In this document: piece by piece, positions 1 to 10,291 of the stretch
How the letters are laid out: each line of letters opens with the position of its first letter
How positions within the stretch are numbered: the stretch's first letter is position 1
Source: Bacillota bacterium
GTDB lineage: Bacteria > Bacillota > Limnochordia > Darwinibacteriales > Darwinibacteriaceae
Assembly (NCBI GenBank): GCA_012838305.1
Contig: DUPN01000100.1
Coordinates: 30,489 to 94,488, forward strand
Reading direction: 5' to 3'
Length of the DNA: 64,000 nucleotides
The notes under the pieces: generated by a model
The model's input: only the letters and a program-made list of their open reading frames with translations
The model's database searches: none
What the model was told of the DNA's origin: nothing
Translations under genes and position numbers: made by a program

Positions 1-430
1 CAGAAGCCTTCTGCGGAGATGTCTGCGTCCTTTGAAAGGATCAAGGATGTTCTGGGCCAGGGGGTCGTAGGCCAGAGCGTTAATGGTGAAGTCCCGCCGG
101 CTCAGATCCTGTTCTAGCTCGGTTGTGAACGTAATATAATCAGGATGTCGACGGTCGCTGTAGGGGCCGTCACTGCGCATGGTCGTGATCTCCACCTGTC
201 CATCCTCCAAGAGGACAGTGATCGTGCCAAATTCTCGTCCCGTGGGAATGGATCGGGGAAAAAGGGATTCTATCTCCTGCGGTGTCGCATCTGTGACAAT
301 GTCCCAGTCTGTGGGATCGAAGCCGAGCAGGCTATCACGGATCGCTCCACCCACCAGGTATGCTTGAAATCCATGCTCCCGCAAGACCTTACAGCCCGCC
401 AGAGCGAAGGGGGGCACCGGGATGGCCATG
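1..430 (-). CDS. cca: CCA-adding tRNA nucleotidyltransferase, N-terminal part (gene runs off the left edge)
   Basis: Absent from the ORF track because no stop lies in the window. Own reverse-strand translation from ATG 430-428 gives MAIPVPPFALAGCKVLREHGFQAYLVGGAIRDSLLGFDPTDWDIVTDATP...RRDFTINALAYDP, with the GGxxRD and RRDFTIN motifs of the CCA/polyA polymerase head domain. GAGGAGG Shine-Dalgarno at 443-437. Confidence 0.85.
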
Positions 431-548
431 GTCAATCCTCCTCTCCTGCAGATAGTTTCGCCATGATTCGGTCCTTTTCCTATAGGGCGAAGGAATGTTG
501 CCTTGGATGGGGAATTGTATAAGAACCAGTCTTGCAGGGGGTGCTGAA

Positions 549-1271
549 GTGACGAAGCCTGTATCCATAGAATTCGGCGATCTGGTTGAAGCTCTCTTTC
601 TGGAGCGTCCCAACCGCTTTCTCGTTGTCTGCCGGCTCCAGGAGACAGGTGAAGAAGTCCTGGCACATCTGGCTGACCCAGGCCGCCTCAAAGAACTGCT
701 CCTCCCCGGTGCCAAGCTTTTCTTACGTTTCGCGCACCATCCCCGGCGCAAGACGAAATGGTCTGTGGTGTTGGTCCAAACACCGGATGAAACGACCTAT
801 GTGTCTTTACACGCTGCCATGGCCAACCAGCTCACGTCGGAAGCTCTCCAGGCGGGGGTGATCGCCGATCTCGCCCATTGGGACATAGAACGCCAGGAAT
901 ACACCTACGGCGGCAGCCGCTGGGACTTTCTCCTGCAAAGGGACCAGGGGCTCATGCTCCTGGAAGTGAAGAGCTGTACCTTAGTTCAAGATGGAATGGC
1001 CATGTTTCCCGATGCTGTCACCGCTCGAGGCCGGCGGCATGTGCAGGAATTAACCGCCTTGGTGTCCAAAGGTAAATTTGCAGGTGCGGTGCTCTTTGTT
1101 ATCCAGAGAGAGGATGCCGCAGCCTTTAGGCCCGCCGGCCACATCGATCCGGATTTTGCAGAAGCCCTAAAGAGAGCTGATCAGCATGGAGTCAAGCTCT
1201 TTGCGTATAATTGTCAAGTGCGTCCCGGAAGCATCACGTGGGGACAAGAGCTTCGTATGGAACTTTCCTAG
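549..1271 (+). CDS. sfsA: SfsA family sugar fermentation stimulation protein / nuclease-fold DNA-binding protein
   Basis: Track ORF 495-1271. FLERPNRFLVVC, LAHLADPGRL, LLEVKSCTL and FPDAVTARGRRH resemble SfsA. Start moved to in-frame GTG 549 behind a G-rich RBS, giving about 240 aa as in E. coli SfsA. Confidence 0.8.
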   Translation: MTKPVSIEFGDLVEALFLERPNRFLVVCRLQETGEEVLAHLADPGRLKELLLPGAKLFLRFAHHPRRKTKWSVVLVQTPDETTYVSLHAAMANQLTSEALQAGVIADLAHWDIERQEYTYGGSRWDFLLQRDQGLMLLEVKSCTLVQDGMAMFPDAVTARGRRHVQELTALVSKGKFAGAVLFVIQREDAAAFRPAGHIDPDFAEALKRADQHGVKLFAYNCQVRPGSITWGQELRMELS

Positions 1272-1283
1272 GAGGTTGGCGAA

Positions 1284-2267
1284 ATGGCTTCGAACATTTT
1301 TACCCAGACAAATATCGCTGTGATTTGGGATTTCGACAAAACGCTGATTCCCGGCTATATGCAGGATCCTTTGTTCCGATACTACCATGTTGACGGACGC
1401 ACCTTCTGGCGTGAAGTCAACGCCCTTCCCAAATACCTCAGGCGAGAAGGGCATGAAATGGTGGCAGAAGACAGTATTTACCTAAACCACATCTTAGCCT
1501 ATGTTCGGGCAGGGATTTTTAAGGGACTGAGTAACCGTTTACTGCGGGAGCTAGGAGCTGAACTGAAGTTCTATCCCGGACTGCCCGAATTCTTTCCTGC
1601 GGTGAAAGAGCACGTGGCCAAGAATCCCCACTTTAGTAAATATGATCTGAAAGTGGAACACTATATTGTTAGTACAGGTTTGCGCCAAATGATTCTGGGG
1701 AGTAAGATCGCAGAACACACCGACGGGATTTGGGCCTGCGAATTTGTAGAATGTCAGCTGCCGCCGGGCTACCTCACGCAAGGCAGGCCCGAAAGTGCAG
1801 ACGAAGAAATTACGATTCGCGATATCAGCTACACCATTGACAATACCACCAAGACCCGGGCCATCTTTGAGATCAACAAGGGTGTTAACAAGATCAGTAC
1901 GATTGACGTTAATACCAATATTCCCAGAGAGGATCGGCGTATTCCATTTGAGAACATGATCTATGTGGCCGATGGCCCCAGTGACGTTCCCGTTTTTTCC
2001 CTGGTGAATCAAAATGGAGGAAGGACTTTTGGTGTCTATTCCAGTGGAGCAAAGGATGAGTTTGCTCAGGTGAATGAACTGCAGAAGCAAAGGAGGATTC
2101 ACTCGTTTGGGGAGGCGGATTACAGGCCCAATACCCACACCTATATGTGGATCATGAATGCGGTGGATGAGATTGGGACCGAGATCGTAAAGCACCGGGA
2201 ATGGGTTCTGAAAAACAGGGTGGGTGAATCACCGCGGCACCTAGATGGACAGGGGGAGCAAGTGTGA
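1284..2267 (+). CDS. HAD-superfamily hydrolase (phosphatase-like)
   Basis: 327 aa. HAD motif I WDFDKTL (DxDxT) and motif IV YVADGPSDVP. AGGAGG RBS before the ATG. Confidence 0.7.
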   Translation: MASNIFTQTNIAVIWDFDKTLIPGYMQDPLFRYYHVDGRTFWREVNALPKYLRREGHEMVAEDSIYLNHILAYVRAGIFKGLSNRLLRELGAELKFYPGLPEFFPAVKEHVAKNPHFSKYDLKVEHYIVSTGLRQMILGSKIAEHTDGIWACEFVECQLPPGYLTQGRPESADEEITIRDISYTIDNTTKTRAIFEINKGVNKISTIDVNTNIPREDRRIPFENMIYVADGPSDVPVFSLVNQNGGRTFGVYSSGAKDEFAQVNELQKQRRIHSFGEADYRPNTHTYMWIMNAVDEIGTEIVKHREWVLKNRVGESPRHLDGQGEQV

Positions 2268-3202
2268 AAAATGTTCTTGGACAGTGGGGTCCAGAGTTTG
2301 TCGAGGCCAAGTTGGCGCCTTTAGTGGATGGGGTGTGGCGATGCGAGCTCGACCGGGACATCTATATTCTCAAACGTAGGACCAACCGGACACGGGTCTG
2401 GGAAGAATATGATCTCCTGCAGTGGCTGAAAGACAGCGGTCAGCCCATTTCGCTGCTGCTTCGTACTCAAGAAGGGGTTCCCTGGGCCGAAGCCCCAGGC
2501 GGCTTCTATATACTCTACCCTTACCTGCAGGGAACACCAGGCAATGAACTAGGGGTCTTCAGCGGTGAACATGCCGGAGAAATGGGGCGAGGTCTGGCAA
2601 GATTGCACCAAGCCCTGGCCGCTTACCAAGCCAGCGATGTGTTTCCAGGATTCGACTTGTTCCACGATGTGGCCAGTTATGCCTGGAAGACGGTGCGGGG
2701 CTATTCGGGGATGAAGTTTCACCATCGCCTGCACCATCTCCAAGCGGACATCAGTGAGCAGTTGGTCAATCCCTATGAAGCCTTGCCCAGGCAATTGATC
2801 CATCGGGACTTCCATCCTGGTAATTTGATTTTTGTCCAGGGACAGCTGGGGGGCATTCTCGATTTTGATCGGGTCCGCATCGGTATCCGCCTCTTTGATC
2901 TATGTTATCTATCCACAGCGGTATTAAGCAGTGGTTTCAGTGATCCCCGCAAGAGGGAAGACTGGGTCGATTTTGTACAGGCTCTACTGGAAGCCTATGG
3001 AACAGTACAACCCCTTGAAAAAACAGAAGGGCACGCTTTCTTATACATCATCTACCTGATCCAACTACTCTTTACCGCTTACCATCTCGATAATGGTAAC
3101 AGCACCCTGGCCGATTTGAACCTGGCCATGCTCTTTTGGATCTATGATCAACATGACTATCTGCGGCCGCGACTGGAGAAGTCTGCGGCTGGCCAATTCT
3201 AG
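2264..3202 (+). CDS. APH/choline-kinase-fold phosphotransferase
   Basis: 312 aa. Catalytic loop LIHRDFHPGNLIF followed by ILDFDRVRIG. GTGA start/stop overlap with the HAD gene. Confidence 0.7.
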   Translation: MKNVLGQWGPEFVEAKLAPLVDGVWRCELDRDIYILKRRTNRTRVWEEYDLLQWLKDSGQPISLLLRTQEGVPWAEAPGGFYILYPYLQGTPGNELGVFSGEHAGEMGRGLARLHQALAAYQASDVFPGFDLFHDVASYAWKTVRGYSGMKFHHRLHHLQADISEQLVNPYEALPRQLIHRDFHPGNLIFVQGQLGGILDFDRVRIGIRLFDLCYLSTAVLSSGFSDPRKREDWVDFVQALLEAYGTVQPLEKTEGHAFLYIIYLIQLLFTAYHLDNGNSTLADLNLAMLFWIYDQHDYLRPRLEKSAAGQF

Positions 3203-3213
3203 GATGTGACATT

Positions 3214-4401
3214 GTGACCACAGCGGCTGAATTCGCGCCCTTACTCCATGACATCCTCCAGGTCCAGGCCTTACTGGGCTGTTCGTTGAGCAAGAAACGA
3301 AGAAAGGAGACACCGTGTGAAAAGGTGTCTTTGCGCCCTTTGGTGCTCAAGGGTGACGTGCATTACCAACTGACCTATCATTATGGCCGCCAGGAGTCCC
3401 ACGAAAACCTGCCGCCCCAGGCAGCAGCTGAGCGCGTGTTGCAGCTCCTGGAGACCGACTTTCGCCAAGGATACTTCTTTACCCCAAAGGCTGATTGGCA
3501 GGTCTTAGTGAGCAAGAAAGGGGTTTGGAAGGTACTCAGGCACCCACCGTCCCGCGCCGCACAGGAGCTTAAAGGCGGGCATGACCGGCCTAAAAAGTAT
3601 CTGCTGCAAACAGGCACTCCCTATCCTTTCCTAGTGGAGCTTGGCGTGATGAATGCAGCGGGTAAAGTCTTGGCCAAGCGCTACCACAAGTTTAGGCAAC
3701 TCAACCGGTACTTGGAGATCGTCCAAGACTGTCTGCCCTATCTGGAAGAACGGCGGGGAAGGGGGCCCTTGCGGATTGTGGACTTCGGTAGCGGTAAGGC
3801 CTATCTAACCTTTGCCCTCTATCATTACCTGGTGGAGCAAGTTGGACTCGATGTGGAGCTGGTGGGACTGGATTTGAAGGAGGAGGTTGTCTCCTTCTGC
3901 AACAATGTAGCCAGAAAGCTGAATTTTGACAGCCTGCATTTTTACCACCAGGATATCCGAGATTTCCAGGCCCAGGGTCAAGTGGATATGGTGGTGTCGT
4001 TACATGCCTGTGATGTGGCTACAGATTATGCTCTGGCCCAAGCCATCGCTTGGCAGGCCCAAGTTATCTTGGCCGTCCCCTGTTGCCAGCATGAGATTTT
4101 GACGCAGCTTGATCCCAAGTTGGAGCCGGTTCTCTTAGAGCATGGCATTCTCAAGGAGCGCTTCGCTTCCTTGCTAACCGATGCCGCCCGGGCGAAACTG
4201 GTGGAGAGGGAGGGATATGCGGTGCAGGTGATGGAGTTTATTGACCTGGAGCACACTCCCAAGAACCTGTTGATCCGGGCCTTCCGCCAATTGGGGCGCC
4301 CAAGTGGCCCAGCGGACAGAGAATATGACCTGTTCAAGACGTCTTGGGGTCTTACCCCAACACTCGAAGTGCTCCTAGGGGAGCGCGGGGGTAGTGCTTG
4401 A
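3214..4401 (+). CDS. class I SAM-dependent methyltransferase
   Basis: 395 aa. SAM motif I IVDFGSGKAYLTF, acidic loop LVGLDL, post-I HQDI, and HACDVATD. Confidence 0.7.
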   Translation: MTTAAEFAPLLHDILQVQALLGCSLSKKRRKETPCEKVSLRPLVLKGDVHYQLTYHYGRQESHENLPPQAAAERVLQLLETDFRQGYFFTPKADWQVLVSKKGVWKVLRHPPSRAAQELKGGHDRPKKYLLQTGTPYPFLVELGVMNAAGKVLAKRYHKFRQLNRYLEIVQDCLPYLEERRGRGPLRIVDFGSGKAYLTFALYHYLVEQVGLDVELVGLDLKEEVVSFCNNVARKLNFDSLHFYHQDIRDFQAQGQVDMVVSLHACDVATDYALAQAIAWQAQVILAVPCCQHEILTQLDPKLEPVLLEHGILKERFASLLTDAARAKLVEREGYAVQVMEFIDLEHTPKNLLIRAFRQLGRPSGPADREYDLFKTSWGLTPTLEVLLGERGGSA

Positions 4402-4425
4402 CAGTTTATGTAATTGTGCTAAAGT
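4398..4425 (+). promoter_or_regulatory. candidate sigma-A promoter for glnS (TTGACA-16-TGcTAAAGT)
   Basis: TTGACA at 4398-4403 and TAAAGT at 4420-4425 with a TGn extension. Confidence 0.35.
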
Positions 4426-4457
4426 GAACAGAGAGACGCTAAGGGAGAGGATTGCTG

Positions 4458-6125
4458 ATGGACACGAAGACAAATAGCCCATCCAACTTTATTCGGAATA
4501 TTATTGATGAGGATTTGGCCTCAGGTAAACACAAAGCCATTGTCACTCGTTTCCCCCCCGAGCCTAACGGCTATTTGCACATTGGGCATGCCAAATCGAT
4601 CTGCCTGAACTTCGGTATCGCCCGGGACTACGGCGGCACCTGCCATCTACGTTTTGATGATACTAACCCTGAGAAGGAAGAGATCGAGTATATCGAGAGC
4701 ATCCAGGAGGATGTGCGCTGGCTCGGTTTTGACTGGGGTGAGCATCTTTACTTCGCCTCAGATTATTTCGAACAGCTCTACAATTTGGCGGTGGAGCTCA
4801 TTAAGCAGGGTAAGGCCTATGTCTGTGAACTAAGTGCTGATCAGATTCGCCAATACCGGGGAACCCTGACCGAGCCCGGTAAGGACAGCCCTTACCGCAA
4901 CCGTTCGGTGGAAGAGAATTTGGACCTGTTTGAGCGGATGCGCCGCGGAGAGTTTGAGGAAGGAAGCCATGTTCTGAGGGCCAAGATTGACATGTCGGCG
5001 GCCAATATTGTGATGCGCGATCCGACCTTGTATCGCATCCGCAAAGTATCCCATCACCGCACAGGCGATGCCTGGTGCATCTATCCCATGTATGATTTTA
5101 CGCACTGCCTTTCTGACGCCATTGAATCCATCACCCATTCCATCTGCACCTTAGAATTTGAAAACAATCGAGCCCTCTATGAGTGGATCTTAGAGCAGGT
5201 CTATCCCCAGCCCCATCCACGTCAGATTGAGTTTGCTCGTTTGAACCTAAGCTACACTATGATGAGCAAGCGCAAACTGCTCGAGCTGGTGAATGAAGGG
5301 ATTGTGAAGGGCTGGGATGACCCGCGCATGCCCACACTCTCTGGACTGCGCAGAAGGGGCTATACACCTGCGGCTATTCGGGACTTCGCGGATCGCATCG
5401 GTGTATCTAAGGCCAATAGCATGGTTGACTACTCCTTTTTGGAGCACTGTCTCCGGGAGGATTTGAACCAAAGCTCACCAAGGACCATGGCGGTCCTGCG
5501 GCCTTTGAAGGTTGTGATCGAGAACTACCCCGAAGGTCAGGTGGAGCAGCTTGAAGCGGTGAACAACCCACAGGATCCCAAAGCCGGCACGCGTCTGATT
5601 CCTTTTGCCCGGGAGATTTATATCGAACAAGAGGATTTCATGATGGATCCTCCCAAGAAGTTCTTCCGTCTGGCCCCAGGCCGCGAGGTACGCTTGCGCT
5701 TTGCCTACTTCATAACCTGCACCGACGTCATCTACGATGCAGAGGGAAACATTGTGGAAATTCGCGCCACCTATGATCCCGAGACCAAGGGAGGCTCAGC
5801 CCCTGATGGTCGCAAGGTCAAGTCTACCCTGCATTGGGTGGCAGCTGAACAGTCCTTGCAGGCAGAAATCCGTCTCTATGATCACCTCTTCACGACGGAG
5901 GACCCCAGTGAGGGAGATTTAGAGGACATTTTGAATCCCAACTCCCTGGAGGTTCTGGAGGGAGCCCGAGTGGAGCTGAATCTCCAGGATGTGCAGCCGG
6001 GGGATAGATTCCAATTCGAACGGATAGGGTACTTCTGCGTGGATCCAGATTCATCCCCGACTCATCTCGTCTTTAACCGGACCGTATCCTTGCGGGATAC
6101 CTGGTCCAAGCTGCAGCAGAAATAG
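4458..6125 (+). CDS. glnS: glutamine--tRNA ligase
   Basis: Class I signatures LHIGHAKS (HIGH) and MMSKRK (KMSKS). FDDTNPEKE and [11 protein letters not shown] blocks and about 555 aa length are typical of GlnRS. Start set to ATG 4458 behind AAGGGAGAGGA. Confidence 0.95.
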   Translation: MDTKTNSPSNFIRNIIDEDLASGKHKAIVTRFPPEPNGYLHIGHAKSICLNFGIARDYGGTCHLRFDDTNPEKEEIEYIESIQEDVRWLGFDWGEHLYFASDYFEQLYNLAVELIKQGKAYVCELSADQIRQYRGTLTEPGKDSPYRNRSVEENLDLFERMRRGEFEEGSHVLRAKIDMSAANIVMRDPTLYRIRKVSHHRTGDAWCIYPMYDFTHCLSDAIESITHSICTLEFENNRALYEWILEQVYPQPHPRQIEFARLNLSYTMMSKRKLLELVNEGIVKGWDDPRMPTLSGLRRRGYTPAAIRDFADRIGVSKANSMVDYSFLEHCLREDLNQSSPRTMAVLRPLKVVIENYPEGQVEQLEAVNNPQDPKAGTRLIPFAREIYIEQEDFMMDPPKKFFRLAPGREVRLRFAYFITCTDVIYDAEGNIVEIRATYDPETKGGSAPDGRKVKSTLHWVAAEQSLQAEIRLYDHLFTTEDPSEGDLEDILNPNSLEVLEGARVELNLQDVQPGDRFQFERIGYFCVDPDSSPTHLVFNRTVSLRDTWSKLQQK

Positions 6126-6132
6126 ATGCGAG

Positions 6133-6161
6133 AAAAAAGGGTGCCTGGGGCACCCTTTTTT
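6133..6161. terminator. bidirectional intrinsic terminator between glnS and luxS
   Basis: A6-GGGTGCC-tgg-GGCACCC-T6. The perfect 7-bp GC-rich stem is flanked by an A-run and a T-run. Confidence 0.7.
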
Positions 6162-6612
6162 ACGCGTATTTTGGCTTGAGGCCCTGCAGAACCTGGCGGG
6201 CGTACTCCTTGGCCCCGAACAAGGAGATGTCGCGATAGTTTCCGCATTGGATGGCGTTGCGAGCGGGAACACTCGCTGCTCCCAGAACCTTCTCCAAGGA
6301 GCGGATCAGGGCGGCGGCGATTTCGCCTTCTTCCATCTGTCCCAGGAGAATCAGGTAGAAACCTGTGCGGCAGCCCATGGGCGAAAGATCAATCACTCCA
6401 GGCAACTCTTCCCGCAGGTATCCGGCTAAAAGATGCTCGAGGGCATGGACCGTTGCAGTGGGCATAATATCCTGGTTGGGCTGGGTGAAACGGAGATCAT
6501 ACTTGGTGATCACATCGCCCCCTGGTGTCTGAAACACTTCGGCCTGGCGTACATGGGGGGCTTGGACTTGGGTATGGTCTAAAGAAAAACTCTCAACCTT
6601 AATTGTCGTCAT
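6160..6612 (-). CDS. luxS: S-ribosylhomocysteine lyase
   Basis: 150 aa. FSLDHT, metal-site motif HALEHLLAG and GCRTGFY are as in LuxS. Confidence 0.95.
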   Translation of the reverse strand: MTTIKVESFSLDHTQVQAPHVRQAEVFQTPGGDVITKYDLRFTQPNQDIMPTATVHALEHLLAGYLREELPGVIDLSPMGCRTGFYLILLGQMEEGEIAAALIRSLEKVLGAASVPARNAIQCGNYRDISLFGAKEYARQVLQGLKPKYA

Positions 6613-7301
6613 AGGCTTACCTCCGCTTCGCCTGCCATCATGCGCTCAAGCTCCCGGATGAGATTTCTGACATTCCTGTTCGACGCTGGACGCGCCAGCA
6701 TTTCGGCTGGAGTGAGCTCTTGGTTCCAATAGACTTGATTGGCATTGACACTGTTGTCGATGGAAGCCCCTTCCAGCGAGGCCCCAATAAAGGCGCCCTT
6801 GCTGATGGAGTAACTGTACATCACTGCATCAAGCGTGAGGTTGGTTCCAGCCTCTGCAGAGCGTCCCAAGGGACCGGCGGCCACGGAGAGGTTGCCGCCT
6901 AGGGTGATCTGACCTTCTTCCAGGCTGCGTAAACCTTCCTCGGCCGTCATCACCAGAACAAGGGAGGTTTTTTGGACGCCGATCTGCAGTCCATAGGAAA
7001 TGCCCTTCAGCTGCACGAAATACGGTCCATACCAGCGTTCTTGAGAGGGGTCATACTTGAGAACAACGCCCTCACCGTAGCGTCCTCCCAGGCCCAATCC
7101 TGCTTTAAGCACCGAAGGGAAAACGGCTACACCGCGGGTGTTTTGCAGTACATAGCGGAAGTGTTCTGCATCCGGCTGCTCCGCAATCTCCTGGAGCACC
7201 TGCACCGCTTCGTCTATGAGCTCCCCAGGGGCCTTTGTTGCGCCGGCTGCAGAGCTGATGATCAGCAGCAAACCTAAGGTTACAATAGCAATCTGTTTCA
7301 T
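6609..7301 (-). CDS. secreted SYLF (Ysc84-like) lipid-binding domain protein
   Basis: 230 aa. N-terminal signal peptide MKQIAIVTLGLLLIISSAAGA. GLGLGGRYGEGV and YSYSISKGAFIGASLEG blocks are typical of the SYLF/DUF500 domain. 4-nt overlap with luxS. Confidence 0.7.
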   Translation of the reverse strand: MKQIAIVTLGLLLIISSAAGATKAPGELIDEAVQVLQEIAEQPDAEHFRYVLQNTRGVAVFPSVLKAGLGLGGRYGEGVVLKYDPSQERWYGPYFVQLKGISYGLQIGVQKTSLVLVMTAEEGLRSLEEGQITLGGNLSVAAGPLGRSAEAGTNLTLDAVMYSYSISKGAFIGASLEGASIDNSVNANQVYWNQELTPAEMLARPASNRNVRNLIRELERMMAGEAEVSL

Positions 7302-7384
7302 CTGCTTTCCTCCTCACTGATGGTTTTCATCTTGGTTTAGGACAACCCTTTCCTGAATATACATGGGGAAAGGGAGGGGAGAAG

Positions 7385-8128
7385 ATGCATCTGTGGCATG
7401 TGTTCGTGCTGCCAAGGCGGCTCATGGGAACGATGCTCCTGGCTGTTGCCGTCCTGATCGCATTATCCGTATATTATACCTATCCTCTTGGCATTTACAC
7501 CCTGCGCTTGGTAAAGCAGGATATTCTGTATGACATTATGCTTGACCCCGGGCATGGAGGCATTGATCCAGGAGCGATTGGAGCCGGGGAGATCTACGAG
7601 AAACACTACGTTTTGGATATTGTGCTGCAGATGGCGGAAATCCTGCGCTCCCATGGACTCAAGGTGGGATTGACCAGGGAAACAGACCGCGATGTGAGCC
7701 ACCTTGTGAGTGAGGGTACACGGCATCGCAGAGATCTTCTAGGTCGGTTCAAGCTCATGGACCAGGCCCAGATGGGAATGAGTGTGCACACCAACTCCAC
7801 CAAGAACAAAGAAGAATCCGGAGCCATCGTCTTTTATATGAACGACCAGTATGTGGATGAAATCTACGCGCAAATCGTTCTGGAAGAACTGGAAAAGGTG
7901 CAGGTACTCAATGAACCTCGTCCCATTCCCCGCAGTACCCTCTTGCTCCTGAAGGCGAAACCGCCTGTGATCTTAGTTGAACTTGGCTTCATGTCCAACC
8001 CCACGGATCTGGCGAAGCTCGGGGATCCTGCTTTTCGCGGCAATGTGGCCCAGGCTCTCTGCAGCGGCATCCTGCGCTTTATCGATTGGCGCTATGGCGA
8101 GCAGAGCGAGTCCGGTTCACCCATCTGA
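7385..8128 (+). CDS. cwlD: N-acetylmuramoyl-L-alanine amidase, CwlD-like (germination-specific)
   Basis: 247 aa. N-terminal TM helix, then LDPGHGGIDPGA, SVHTNS and VELGFMSNP (Amidase_3 zinc ligands). The architecture matches B. subtilis CwlD. Confidence 0.72.
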   Translation: MHLWHVFVLPRRLMGTMLLAVAVLIALSVYYTYPLGIYTLRLVKQDILYDIMLDPGHGGIDPGAIGAGEIYEKHYVLDIVLQMAEILRSHGLKVGLTRETDRDVSHLVSEGTRHRRDLLGRFKLMDQAQMGMSVHTNSTKNKEESGAIVFYMNDQYVDEIYAQIVLEELEKVQVLNEPRPIPRSTLLLLKAKPPVILVELGFMSNPTDLAKLGDPAFRGNVAQALCSGILRFIDWRYGEQSESGSPI

Positions 8129-8837
8129 TCAGCAGCCTAGCAAGGATGCGGTTTAGGACGGGAACGATCTTTGTAATAAATTGTTCAAAGTCCTGGGGAG
8201 CGCTGTCATCGGCCAGGTCCGAGATGGCGCGGATGATCAAATGTGGTACCTCGTTCGCCGTGGCCACCTGCGCAATGGCGGCCCCTTCCATTTCCACGCA
8301 GAGCGCATCAGGGAAAAACTCGAGGATCTCTTCTTTCTTTTCCTTTGAACCAATAAACTGATCGCCCGTGACAATGAGTCCTTGATGGACTTTGCCTGCA
8401 GGCAGCATATCTCTAGCAGCGTGAAAAGCAACTTCCAGCAAATTGGGATCGCCCTGAAAGACACTGGTGGGCAAACGGGGAATGATCCCTCTAGGTCGGC
8501 CAAACTCCCCTAGATCGAAGTCATGCTGCATGGAACTGGTGCCAAGGACGATATCGCCTATCTGCATCTTTTTGCTGGCTCCGCCTGCGATACCGCTGTT
8601 GATGATCGCCGTCGGGCGGTACTGATCGATGATGTATTGCGTGGCCATGGCGGCGTTCACTTTGCCAATCCCGCAGCGGCAAACGACAACCGCCTGCCGG
8701 CCCAGGTTGCCGGTGGAGAGAGGTAGATTTGGCAAGGGGGTGCAGACAGGCCCTCGGTCCGTCAGGGACTCTCTCAATTCTTCTACTTCTTCGTCCATAG
8801 CTCCGATGATGGCAATCGGTTTATCCATCTGGATCAC
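8079..8837 (-). CDS. mtnN: 5'-methylthioadenosine/S-adenosylhomocysteine nucleosidase
   Basis: 252 aa. IAIIGAMDEEV, GIGKVNAA, CVEMEGAAIAQV and IRAISD are as in Pfs/MtnN. It has a C-terminal tail about 20 aa longer than usual that overlaps the cwlD 3' end. Confidence 0.9.
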   Translation of the reverse strand: MIQMDKPIAIIGAMDEEVEELRESLTDRGPVCTPLPNLPLSTGNLGRQAVVVCRCGIGKVNAAMATQYIIDQYRPTAIINSGIAGGASKKMQIGDIVLGTSSMQHDFDLGEFGRPRGIIPRLPTSVFQGDPNLLEVAFHAARDMLPAGKVHQGLIVTGDQFIGSKEKKEEILEFFPDALCVEMEGAAIAQVATANEVPHLIIRAISDLADDSAPQDFEQFITKIVPVLNRILARLLIRWVNRTRSARHSANR

Positions 8838-8937
8838 CTCGCCTCTAGTTTATCACAAAGGGCATTCTAGGGGAAGGTAACACAGATGCCATGTCGTATT
8901 CTTACATAGCTCGCAATGTTCTACGAGGAGGATCTAC

Positions 8938-10287
8938 ATGAAACAACTGGATTTCCGTTTCAATTATGCAGCACCCTTTGTGTCTCCAAGGGAGATGGAT
9001 GCCTTGGCGCCGTCCGTTGCCCTGGCCCACCGGCAGCTCCATGAGGGCAGCGGCTTAGGCAGCGATTTTCTGGGCTGGCTCGATCTGCCCAGACACTATG
9101 ACCGGGAGGAACTGGCCGCAGTCAAAGAGGCGGCCCAGCGCATTCAAGCGGACTCCGATGTCCTAATTGTCATTGGAATCGGAGGCTCTTACCTCGGGGC
9201 CAAGGCCGCTCTGGAGATGCTCACACACTCTTTCTACAATCTGTTAGGCAAAAAGGAGCGGCGGACTCCCCGGGTTTTCTTCGCGGGACATGCCATCAGC
9301 GGAACCTATTTACAGGACCTGATTGAGCTCATAGGGGACCAGGATTTTTCCGTGAATGTCATTTCCAAGTCGGGGACGACGACGGAGCCGGCCATTGCCT
9401 TTCGCATCTTTAAGGACCTCCTGGAAGAGAAATATGGTGTGGAGGGGGCAAAAAAGCGCATCTACGCCACAACCGATGCCAAGAGAGGTGCACTCAAAGA
9501 GATGGCCACAAGCGAAGGCTATACCACCTTCGTCATTCCAAACGATGTGGGGGGCCGCTTTTCGGTCTTAACGCCCGTGGGACTTTTGCCCATGGCTGTT
9601 TGCGGTATCGATCTGGACCAGATCATGGCCGGGGCGGCCGCGGCATGGGACTGGTACCAGAATCCTAATCTAGGGGAAAATGCTGCCTACCAGTACGCTG
9701 CGCTGCGGAACATCCTCTACCGAAAAGGAAAAAACATCGAAATACTGGTCAATTATGAACCGTCCCTGCAGTATTTTAGCGAGTGGTGGAAACAGCTTTT
9801 CGGCGAAAGTGAAGGAAAGGACCAAAAGGGCATATTCCCTGCCAGTGTCAATTTCACCACCGATCTGCACTCCCTGGGACAATTCATTCAAGATGGTTTT
9901 CGCTCCATCTTTACCACCACCCTGTGGGTGGAGCGTACCGGGAAGGACTATGTTATTCCCAGGAGTGACGGGGATGGAGACGGTTTGAACTACTTGGCTG
10001 GCAAGACTCTGGCCCAGGTCAACGAGAGCGCTTTTCAAGGTACCATCTTGGCCCATACCGATGGGGGGGTGGCCAACCTGGCGCTGGGCATCCCAGAACT
10101 TAGTCCTTTCTATTTCGGAGCCTTGGTCTATTTCTTTGAGAAGGCTTGCGCCATCAGCGGTTACCTCCTGGGAGTGAACCCCTTTGATCAGCCTGGTGTC
10201 GAGGACTACAAAACAAATATGTTTGCCCTGCTGGGCAAGGCGGGCTTTGAAGCGCGGCAGCAACAGTTAAAGGAACGATTGGAGTAG
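8938..10287 (+). CDS. pgi: glucose-6-phosphate isomerase
   Basis: 449 aa Firmicute-type [30 protein letters not shown] and FGESEGKD. Confidence 0.95.
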   Translation: MKQLDFRFNYAAPFVSPREMDALAPSVALAHRQLHEGSGLGSDFLGWLDLPRHYDREELAAVKEAAQRIQADSDVLIVIGIGGSYLGAKAALEMLTHSFYNLLGKKERRTPRVFFAGHAISGTYLQDLIELIGDQDFSVNVISKSGTTTEPAIAFRIFKDLLEEKYGVEGAKKRIYATTDAKRGALKEMATSEGYTTFVIPNDVGGRFSVLTPVGLLPMAVCGIDLDQIMAGAAAAWDWYQNPNLGENAAYQYAALRNILYRKGKNIEILVNYEPSLQYFSEWWKQLFGESEGKDQKGIFPASVNFTTDLHSLGQFIQDGFRSIFTTTLWVERTGKDYVIPRSDGDGDGLNYLAGKTLAQVNESAFQGTILAHTDGGVANLALGIPELSPFYFGALVYFFEKACAISGYLLGVNPFDQPGVEDYKTNMFALLGKAGFEARQQQLKERLE

Positions 10288-10291
10288 CAGG

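Noticed and set aside
145-751. Track ORFs 145-522 (+), 179-367 (+) and 389-751 (-)
   Set aside because: The first two are antisense or alternate-frame shadows of the cca gene. The third is a shadow of sfsA. None has an RBS or a recognisable motif.
4402-4457. T-box or other leader upstream of glnS
   Set aside because: Only about 30 nt lie between the candidate promoter and the start codon, far too short for a T-box.
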